From Aggregatilineales bacterium (GTDB lineage Bacteria; Chloroflexota; Anaerolineae; Aggregatilineales; Ch27), in assembly GCA_029976025.1 (NCBI GenBank), contig JARKNX010000133.1, positions 85,683 through 149,682 on the forward strand: a DNA stretch of 64,000 bases, in the 5' to 3' direction. The first letter of the stretch is position 1, and every line of letters starts with the position of its first letter. Both the position numbers and the translations under genes were made by a program. The notes under the pieces are model-generated. The model was not told the origin of the DNA. It searched no databases and was given only the letters and a program-made list of their open reading frames with translations. Positions 1 through 7,652 of the stretch are shown one piece after another.

Positions 1-2
1 TT

Positions 3-2762
3 GCCATCAAGGCACAGCTTTCCGGCGAGGCGCTGGAGGCTACTCCTGGCGTATTCCATGCCATTTATCGGCTGGGGCCGATCGGGCTGTTTGTAATTGC
101 TCTGGGGCTGTTCACGGTGATCCGCCAGCCCCGGATATCGGCGTCCCTGTTCATCCTCTTTCAGGCTATCCTGTTCAGCAGCTACCTGGCCACGCCCGAA
201 GCGACGCTCGGCGGTTACATTCTGGCGGTGATGTTTTCTCTGCTGGGCTATTTTGTCGGCAAATCGCGCCTGGTCCTCTGGCCCTGGGTATCCTACCGGC
301 TCTGGCGGCAATACAGCCGGTTGAAGCGCGATCTGGCCGCCGACGCGCCAGTTGATGAGGCGGCTGCCGGCGTCCTGACCGAGCTGGATAAAGAGATTGC
401 CGCGCCGCTCTATGGTTACGAAGCGGTCTTGCACACCCTGGCTGAAGCTGGCCTCAGCCTGCACAGCTTCAACGCCCGGACAGCCAGCGCTGCCCACCAG
501 ATGGACTACCGGATAATCGTTCAGTCGATAGGGATACGGCGGCTGGAAACGGCGGCTGATCTGCAGGATGTGTACGACATTGTGGAGCGTTATGACCTGG
601 TTTCATATGAGAACCGGGCTTCGCTCCGCATCTTCATCCAGAAGCTGGCGCACAGCGCCACCGCGATTGAACGCCTGCGCACCCGCGCCCAGTTCCTCTG
701 GCAGCTTGGCGAGATCATCCAGCCCGATTGGGAGGAGCAGCAATCCCGCTGGCCCCGCCAGCATATCGCCATTCAGGTGATGATTCAGCAAATCTACGCG
801 TCGGTGAATTTGAATTACTCCGATGTGGCTCAGTACTGGCTGGCCTACCGCAACCTGGAAGCCACAGTCGAGCAGATTAACGCCATCGCCGAACGGCACG
901 TAGAAACCGGGGAATGCGCGCGCCAGGGGGTCCACCTGACCCTGCAGCAGCTTTCTCAGACACAGCAGCGGATACGGGAGATCGAGACGGAATTTTCGCA
1001 CCTTCCGGAGTATGAGAAGGGGTGGCATCACGCGCTTCTGGATACCGATTTCGATGCGACGCAGTTGTTGACGGTGGACTACCGCGTGCGTGAGGAGATG
1101 GTCCGGGCTGAGATCGAGCGCCTGCAACTGCTGGGCCGAAGCCAGCCGGCGAGCTGGCTGGCGATCAGCAATACCGGCGAAGAGGTCGTCGATCAGATGA
1201 ATCCCTGGTGCGTCATGACCCACCAGTTAATGCAGCGGCTGGAGATGGTGCGACAGATGGACGATCGTTACGTCGCCTGGGCCGAGACAGAACTGAGCAG
1301 CATCCTGGCCGGGCTGCGGACGGTCAAAGATATTGCCGATCTGGATCAGCGCCTGTCGGTGCTGACCATGTCCGATGACAGCTTCGGCCCGATGGTGGAC
1401 GGCACGATTGAGGCGCTGCAGGAGATCGGCCAGCAGACCCGCGCCGCGCTGGCATCGATGGAGGGCACCCATCACCGCCGCCAGCTTTTGATCGAGGCGG
1501 AAGATCGCAGCAATGCGCTCCGCAACTGGCTGCGCACCCGTTATGGCCGGGCGCGGACGCGCCAGTGGGCCGATTATGTGCAAAAGTCAATCAGCGAGGT
1601 GCTGGACGATCACCTCAACCACCAGCGCGAGCAGGAACAGGCGACTTACCGCAACCCCTATATTGTCGGCAACCCGATCACGCCCAAGAGCGCCACGTTA
1701 TTCAAAGGGCGCACCGACCTCGCCCGGCAGCTTGCCGACTTCCTCAACCGTGACAACCAGCCCACCATCGTCCTGTATGGCCCGCGCCGAATGGGCAAAA
1801 CCAGCTTTCTGCTCCAGCTTCAGAATCTGCTGCGCGGCCTGAATGACGACTATATCCCGGTTTTCCTGAATGGGCAGGATGTCGGCGTTTGCCAGAATGA
1901 CGCCAGCTTCTTTTACTTCCTGGCGCGGGCCATCCATACCCAGCTCACCCAGCGCACCGGCCAGCAGATCGAGCGGCCAACCCGCGAAGACCTCGAATCC
2001 GAGCCGTACAGCATCATTCGTGAGTGGATTGATGATAAGGTTGCGCCGCTCCTCAACGAGCGTCAGATGCTTCTGATCACGATTGATGAGTTCGAGAAAA
2101 TCGGGGAGGCCATCCATAAGGGCGAGCTTTCGGAGAAAATTCTGGATTTCCTGCGACATACCATGCAGCATGGTGAGCACATGGTCTTCCTGTTCTGCGG
2201 GGTCGAGACGCTGGACGCGCTGGGGCCGAACGCGGCTTCTTACTTCATCAGCGTGCAGACGTTCGAGATCAGCTATCTCAGCCAGGATGCCGCGGAAGAG
2301 CTGATCCGCTCCCCGAATCCCGCCGCCGGACAGATGCCGGACTACGACGATGACGTGGTGGCGGAGATCATCCGGCTGACACACTGCCAGCCGTACCTCG
2401 TCCAGGCCATCTGCTCGCGCATTGTGGATATCGCCAATGAGGAGCACCTGAGGTGTGTCCAGATGGACACGCTGGAGAAAGGGCTGTCCAGCCTCTTCGA
2501 CACCAACCGGCTGTATTTTCAATATCTGTGGAACGATGCCGGGGAGTACGGGCGGACTATCCTCACAACCCTGGCCGGCGGGCCGGCCTCGCTGGAGCCG
2601 GGACAGCTCGCCCACCCGGAAGGGAAAGGGCTGCTGCTGCGCCGGGTGATCTGCCGCCGTCCGGACGGTATGCACGAGATTGAGATTCCGCTCATGCAGC
2701 ACTGGGTGGCCCTGCAAACGGAAGAGGGGGAAGACACGCTTCCTGTTCTGGTCCACCCCTGA
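3..2762 (+). CDS. Membrane-anchored coiled-coil STAND-like P-loop ATPase (5' end probably left of the window)
   Basis: The ORF-track call 117..2762 starts at a GTG with no SD. The same frame is stop-free back to nt 3 and encodes a further hydrophobic helix (GPIGLFVIALGLFTV), so the true start is probably upstream of the window. TM helices: SLFILFQAILFSSYL and GGYILAVMFSLLGYFV. About 450 aa of helical, coiled-coil-like sequence follows. Then NPYIVGNPI...FKGR, Walker A GPRRMGKTS (nt 1779-1805) and Walker B LLITIDEFE (D-E codons 2085-2090). The HCQPYLVQ helix plus winged-helix-like tail matches the layout of ORC/Cdc6-like (ATPase_2/AAA_16 type) STAND NTPases. Confidence 0.75.
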   Translation, partial: AIKAQLSGEALEATPGVFHAIYRLGPIGLFVIALGLFTVIRQPRISASLFILFQAILFSSYLATPEATLGGYILAVMFSLLGYFVGKSRLVLWPWVSYRLWRQYSRLKRDLAADAPVDEAAAGVLTELDKEIAAPLYGYEAVLHTLAEAGLSLHSFNARTASAAHQMDYRIIVQSIGIRRLETAADLQDVYDIVERYDLVSYENRASLRIFIQKLAHSATAIERLRTRAQFLWQLGEIIQPDWEEQQSRWPRQHIAIQVMIQQIYASVNLNYSDVAQYWLAYRNLEATVEQINAIAERHVETGECARQGVHLTLQQLSQTQQRIREIETEFSHLPEYEKGWHHALLDTDFDATQLLTVDYRVREEMVRAEIERLQLLGRSQPASWLAISNTGEEVVDQMNPWCVMTHQLMQRLEMVRQMDDRYVAWAETELSSILAGLRTVKDIADLDQRLSVLTMSDDSFGPMVDGTIEALQEIGQQTRAALASMEGTHHRRQLLIEAEDRSNALRNWLRTRYGRARTRQWADYVQKSISEVLDDHLNHQREQEQATYRNPYIVGNPITPKSATLFKGRTDLARQLADFLNRDNQPTIVLYGPRRMGKTSFLLQLQNLLRGLNDDYIPVFLNGQDVGVCQNDASFFYFLARAIHTQLTQRTGQQIERPTREDLESEPYSIIREWIDDKVAPLLNERQMLLITIDEFEKIGEAIHKGELSEKILDFLRHTMQHGEHMVFLFCGVETLDALGPNAASYFISVQTFEISYLSQDAAEELIRSPNPAAGQMPDYDDDVVAEIIRLTHCQPYLVQAICSRIVDIANEEHLRCVQMDTLEKGLSSLFDTNRLYFQYLWNDAGEYGRTILTTLAGGPASLEPGQLAHPEGKGLLLRRVICRRPDGMHEIEIPLMQHWVALQTEEGEDTLPVLVHP

Positions 2763-2822
2763 TTGCCGATCCTGGCCAGGGTCAGAACGGGGGCGGGACG
2801 CAATTGCGCTTAGCGACAACCG

Positions 2823-2850
2823 TTTATACAATAGAACGTAAAGTTAGAAT
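2823..2850 (+). promoter_or_regulatory. Candidate sigma70-type promoter of the TIR-NACHT-HEAT gene
   Basis: Lies in an AT-rich 148-nt gap after the ORF1 stop (2760-2762). TTTATA (2823-2828), 16 nt, TAGAAT (2845-2850). GGAG at 2900-2903 sits 7 nt before the GTG start at 2911. Pattern match only. Confidence 0.35.
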
Positions 2851-2910
2851 TCTGTTATAGCATCCTGAATTATCCAGTTTTACAGCGCTTCATTCGACTG
2901 GAGAACCTGA

Positions 2911-5900
2911 GTGAGCCAGGATCGAAAGAGTTTCGTCAGCTATAGCGATAGAGATGCCGCCTTTGCCCTGCGACTGGCCGTCGATCTGGCCCAACGGGGC
3001 GTCCCTCTGTGGATGGACCGGCTGAATCTGCTCCCCGGTGAGGATTTCCGGGCCGCCGCCGCGGCCGCTCTGGATGCCCCTCTGGCCTTCCTGGCGGTTA
3101 TATCGCCGGCTTATCTGGAATCTGGCTATTGCCGGGCGGAGCTGGACCGGGCGCTGTCGCTCGGGGTGCCGATCTGCGTTGCTTTGCTCCAGCCCGTGCC
3201 TGAGGCGGACCTGCCTGTGCCGCTCGCTGAGGGGGCTTACGGGGACTTCCGGGCCTGGCCCGATGATGGCGAGGGCTACTGGCAGGGTGTCAACACGCTC
3301 GTCGATCTGTTCTATCGGGAGGCCGGCGTCCCGGTCGCTCCGGAGGCCGGGTCAGAAGCGCGCTACCTGCTGGGGGTAATCCGCGATCTGGGGGCGCGCC
3401 TTGCGATACCTCAGATAGAGGATGCCGGCGATCAGCGCCCTGATCCAGATGGCGCTTTCAACTGGCTGGCGCAGGGGTGCTTCGGGGTTTTTGACCCCCG
3501 GGATATGTCCCCGGCGCTCCCGCAGTTCCGCCCGCACATCGCCCGCTACGAGGGCCTTCAGTCTGTCGCTGAACAATATCCCCGCTTTGTCCTGATCGGC
3601 GATGGCGGCTCCGGCAAGACCACGCTGTTGAGCGGGCTGGCTCTGCAAGCTGCGCGCGCGCGGCTGGCCTGGCCCGCGTCCGCGCCGCTGCCCCTCATTC
3701 TGCCGCTGGCCGCCTGGAGCGGAGATGTTGCGCTGCCTTCTTTCATTCGCCAGGCTGCCGAAGCGGCGGGGTGGCCGTCCGACAGCGATCCGCTGGCGGC
3801 GCTGAGCCAGGGTGAGGCTGCCCTGTATCTGGATGGCCTGAGCGAGACTGAGGATGCTGTCGAGAAGGCCGAGCGGCTGCGCGAATGGCTCCAGTCGGAT
3901 GCCGCGCCGCAGCGGCTGATCGTGACTTGCGACCGGGAGGCGTACCTGCGCGGCCTGGTTCTGGGCCTGCCGGCGGTGCAGATTATCCCCTGGGACGCCG
4001 CCCGCGCTGAGGCGTATCTGGCGGCAGCGGTGAACGCGGATTTCGCACCGGAGCCGGGAGACGCCCTGCCCGCCGGGCGCGCGCCGATCCACCCGTCCGC
4101 CGGCCTGCGCGATCTGCTGCGCCACCCGCTCCTGCTGAATGTGCTGGCCCGCGCCGGGCAGCCCGCTGGCGGCCCCGAGGGCAGCGCAGGAATGCTCCTG
4201 CGGCGGCTGACGGAGCATCGATGGGCGGAAGCGGAAGGCCGGGCGACGGTCTCCTGGACGACGCTGGAAGCCGGACTGGCTGAGCTGGCTTTTCAGGCCA
4301 CGCTGGACGCCATGCCGGTATATCTGCCGGAGGATTACGCCGTCCGTTATCTGGGCGACGCCGCTTTGCTTGACCCGGCCAACAGCGGCGCCTTTCTGGA
4401 GATGGCCGGGGGAGCGGTGCGGTTTGTGCATCAGGCGGTGCGCGACTATTTCGCCGCCCGTTATATTGTGCAGGCCGGGGCGCTGTGCGACTACCTCGCC
4501 CTGCCGCAGTTCGACCCCGGCGAACAGCGCATCCCGGGCCAGTGGGATGCCGCCGTGATCCTCCTCAGCGGCCTGGCCCCCGACCCGGAGGCCATTGTCT
4601 ACGAAGTGGCCCGTGTAGACCCGTTCCTGGCCTTTGAGTGCGCGTACAGCGGCCTGGACCTGTCCCGCGATAGTCTGGACCGGCTGGCCCACCATCTGCT
4701 CAGCTCCTCGTTTGTCCACCGCCAGATCGGGCGCGTGGCAGCCGTCCGCCTGATCCCGGCTGATCTGGCCGAATCGGCCATGCCTACCCTGCTGGAAACT
4801 ATGCGAAACGGCGCGTGGGATGCCCGCTGGGCCGCCGCCGACACGCTGTTCGAGATGAACCCGCCGCTGCTGCCGGGCGTCCTGGAGGCGCTGGCGGACC
4901 TTGATTCTCCGCTCAACACGGCTGCCGGGGCGGCGCTGCGCAAGATCGGCCAGGCGGCCCTGCCGACCCTGCTCATGCTGATGTACGCGGATGATGCTGC
5001 GATCCGGCGGGGGGCGGCCCGCGCCCTCGGTCAATTTGGCGATCCGGCGGCCGTCCCGGTCCTGGTGGAGGCGCTCCAGGACGCCGACCCGGCGGTGGTG
5101 ATAGAGGCCGCCGGCGCGCTGGGCTGGATACGCGATTCTGCCGCCACGCTGTGGCTGCCCCGCCTGCTGCACCATGACCACCCGGATATCCGGCAGGCCG
5201 CCATCCGGGCGCTGGGCTGGATGCGCGCCGCCGCCGTGGATAGTATGCTGGATGCCGCTGTTAATGCCCCCGATCTGGAGACGCGCACCCAGGTAATTGA
5301 AGCGCTCAAAGATACCTCTGATCGGGCGGTACAGGATCGGCTGTTGCACGCCACGACCAGCGACGACGGCGAGATTCGCGCCGCCGCCCTGGAAGCCTTG
5401 GAGAACGCGGAGGGCCCTGTGTTTGTGAAACGTCTCATTGATGCCCTGGAAGATACAGCCTATTCCCGCTGGCGTGGCAAAAGCATCGGCAGCATTGCCG
5501 CTGAAGTCCTTAAAGCGCGGGGGTACGATGCTGCCGCGCTGGCCGCCGAGGGTGAGGAGGACGCCCCGACTGCCCCGGCCGCTGAAGAGGCTGAGCATAT
5601 CCCCCCCCGATTCGAGACAGAAGCGCCCGCTGGCCGGAATTCCGCCTCCACAGCCCGGAGCCGCCTGAAGCGGATCACGGCTCAGGACGCGGCGCTGGCC
5701 GCCGCCCCTGCGGCATCGCTGGAGGAAGTTCAGGAGGGGACGCCCGCTCCGCTGCCGACTGAAGTTGCTCCGCTTGACACCCCGCCCCGGCCAGCTTCCC
5801 GCCAGTTCGAGCTGGCGGACGATCTGACCAGCCTGGACTGGAGCCGCCGGAGCGATGCCGTGCTGGCGCTGCAGGGTCAGGAGCCTGAGATAGCCATCCC

Positions 5901-7260
5901 GCGCCTGATACAGGCGCTTAAGGATGAGGATAGCCAGGTCCGGCTGGCTGCGGTGGATGTGCTGCAAACCTTCAACACCGAGGACGCGCTCAGGGGCCTG
6001 TTCATGGCGCTCGGCAACGATGAATATCTGGTGTGCGACGCGGCGTCGGACGCTTTCGCCCGGATTGGCCGGCGGACCGTCCCTTATCTGATCAGGGCGT
6101 TGTCCAGCCCGCAGGTCAACATGCGGGCGGGGGCTGTGGAAGCGCTGGGCAAGATTGCCGATCCGGCGGCTATGGCGGACCTGACCCGGCTCCTTTCCGA
6201 TACAGAGCGGCCCTGGCTGTTTGATCTGTGCGTGGGCGATCTGGCGGCTAAAGCTCTGGAATCGATCGGCACGCGCGAGGCGCTCCAGATCGTGCTGCAA
6301 TGGCGGGCGGAAAACGCCCCCGACCCCCGGACGCAGGCTCTCAGTCAGGCGCCGGTCCTGTCCGAAGATTTGGCCGCCCCGGCGGAGAGCGCCGCCGAAG
6401 ATGATGCGCCATCTGCGCCGGAAGCCGGGGCGTCAGCCCCCGCAACGGCGACCGTGCTCCCCGGCGAGCTGACCCCGCCGCGCGGCATGCCGGAAGACCC
6501 GGGCAACCGGCAGATTGTCCTCGAAGTGCTGGATAACCTGCGCCACCCGGAATGGGAGGTCCGGCAGGCGGCGGCCAGGACGCTGCGCGAATATGCCAAG
6601 GCCCTCAAGGGGGCGGATGACCCGACTATTCTGGGGCGCTTGCAGGACGCTCTGGAAGACCCCTCCTGGGAAGTGCGCTGGGCCGTGGTGGAGGCGCTGG
6701 CCTGGATCGCCAACCCGGTCACCGTCCCGGCTATCGCCAGACGTCTGGAGGATAAGAACTGGATTGTGCGCGTCGCCGCGATCCGGGCGCTGACGGAGAT
6801 CCGGGATATCAGCGCCGCCCCGGCGGTGATCGGGGCGCTGAAAGATCGCAAGGGGCTGGTGCGGGAGGCCGCTGCTGAAGCTCTGGGCGAGCTGGGTGTT
6901 CCGGCGGCGGTGAATCCGCTGATCGAGCTGCTGCAAGATTCTGAGACGCTGGTCCGCCTGGCGGCCATTTACGCCCTGGGCAGGCTGCGGGCGCGGGCGG
7001 CGGTGCGGCAGGTGATGACCGCCCTGCGCGATGAGGACGCCAACATCCGGCTGGCGGCGGCGGTCGCGCTCGGCAAGATCGGGGATCCTCTGGCGATCAG
7101 CCGGCTGATTGAAGCCCTGGAGGATACGGGCAGCCCGTCGTGGGAGGAACAGCGGGTGTGTGACGCCGCCGCCGGGGCGCTGGAAGATATTGGCACACCA
7201 GAGGCGCTGGACGCCGCAACGCAGTGGAGGTCCGCGCAGGCGCCAGGGGTAGCAAACTGA
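2911..7260 (+). CDS. TIR-NACHT-HEAT repeat protein (NLR-like STAND NTPase, 1449 aa)
   Basis: GTG start with a GGAG SD. N-terminal TIR: SFVSYSDRDAAFALRLAVDL...FLAVISPAYLESGYCRAELDRAL, with the conserved Glu codon at 3139-3141. NACHT-type P-loop: Walker A GDGGSGKTT (3598-3624) and Walker B AALYLDGLSE (3820-3846). The C-terminal ~800 aa hold three arrays of PBS-lyase/EZ-type HEAT repeats, for example IRRGAARALGQFGDPAAVPVLVEALQDADPAVVIEAAGALGWIRD. Acidic Ala/Pro/Glu-rich linkers separate the arrays. Confidence 0.9.
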   Translation: MSQDRKSFVSYSDRDAAFALRLAVDLAQRGVPLWMDRLNLLPGEDFRAAAAAALDAPLAFLAVISPAYLESGYCRAELDRALSLGVPICVALLQPVPEADLPVPLAEGAYGDFRAWPDDGEGYWQGVNTLVDLFYREAGVPVAPEAGSEARYLLGVIRDLGARLAIPQIEDAGDQRPDPDGAFNWLAQGCFGVFDPRDMSPALPQFRPHIARYEGLQSVAEQYPRFVLIGDGGSGKTTLLSGLALQAARARLAWPASAPLPLILPLAAWSGDVALPSFIRQAAEAAGWPSDSDPLAALSQGEAALYLDGLSETEDAVEKAERLREWLQSDAAPQRLIVTCDREAYLRGLVLGLPAVQIIPWDAARAEAYLAAAVNADFAPEPGDALPAGRAPIHPSAGLRDLLRHPLLLNVLARAGQPAGGPEGSAGMLLRRLTEHRWAEAEGRATVSWTTLEAGLAELAFQATLDAMPVYLPEDYAVRYLGDAALLDPANSGAFLEMAGGAVRFVHQAVRDYFAARYIVQAGALCDYLALPQFDPGEQRIPGQWDAAVILLSGLAPDPEAIVYEVARVDPFLAFECAYSGLDLSRDSLDRLAHHLLSSSFVHRQIGRVAAVRLIPADLAESAMPTLLETMRNGAWDARWAAADTLFEMNPPLLPGVLEALADLDSPLNTAAGAALRKIGQAALPTLLMLMYADDAAIRRGAARALGQFGDPAAVPVLVEALQDADPAVVIEAAGALGWIRDSAATLWLPRLLHHDHPDIRQAAIRALGWMRAAAVDSMLDAAVNAPDLETRTQVIEALKDTSDRAVQDRLLHATTSDDGEIRAAALEALENAEGPVFVKRLIDALEDTAYSRWRGKSIGSIAAEVLKARGYDAAALAAEGEEDAPTAPAAEEAEHIPPRFETEAPAGRNSASTARSRLKRITAQDAALAAAPAASLEEVQEGTPAPLPTEVAPLDTPPRPASRQFELADDLTSLDWSRRSDAVLALQGQEPEIAIPRLIQALKDEDSQVRLAAVDVLQTFNTEDALRGLFMALGNDEYLVCDAASDAFARIGRRTVPYLIRALSSPQVNMRAGAVEALGKIADPAAMADLTRLLSDTERPWLFDLCVGDLAAKALESIGTREALQIVLQWRAENAPDPRTQALSQAPVLSEDLAAPAESAAEDDAPSAPEAGASAPATATVLPGELTPPRGMPEDPGNRQIVLEVLDNLRHPEWEVRQAAARTLREYAKALKGADDPTILGRLQDALEDPSWEVRWAVVEALAWIANPVTVPAIARRLEDKNWIVRVAAIRALTEIRDISAAPAVIGALKDRKGLVREAAAEALGELGVPAAVNPLIELLQDSETLVRLAAIYALGRLRARAAVRQVMTALRDEDANIRLAAAVALGKIGDPLAISRLIEALEDTGSPSWEEQRVCDAAAGALEDIGTPEALDAATQWRSAQAPGVAN

Positions 7261-7652
7261 TGCGGGTGTTTTCCTGAGGGTGAAGCAGGCGCGCCGGGAA
7301 GCTGCCGCCCGCCGGTGAAAAACAAATTAATACCTTTTTAACACCGGCAGGTGGCGGGGTATGTTATTTTAAAAGCGGAGCACTTCAACAAAGGCTGACT
7401 GCTACGGGCCATCCGTTTTCCTCTCACCTATTCCAGAGGGGGCTGTGAGTAAGGTGAAGGTGCTTCGCTATTATCTCCGAAGCGGAAAGTAGATCGGCAG
7501 GACTCCGCGCCGGGGATACCGCCTCAAGCGGGTATAGACGCTTCATTTCTTTTCATGATCTCAATTGGGGGGGTTACCCGCACAGTCGGTTCCGCGAGGC
7601 AGGGTGACGCCTAAAATCCTTTGCGCGGATAGTGCACCTTCAGGAATATGCC

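Noticed and set aside
1698-2831. 377-aa minus-strand ORF, plus 7842-9224 (-), 14531-15289 (+) and 31998-33377 (-)
   Set aside because: Same reasoning. Each lies opposite an ORF with recognisable family motifs and has Arg/Pro/Gly-biased composition.
3352-6300. 982-aa ORF antisense to the TIR-NACHT-HEAT gene
   Set aside because: The sequence is Arg/Gly/Pro/Ala-rich and low-complexity, with no motifs. It lies fully inside a gene with clear TIR, NACHT and HEAT motifs on the other strand. This is the typical stop-poor shadow frame of high-GC DNA.
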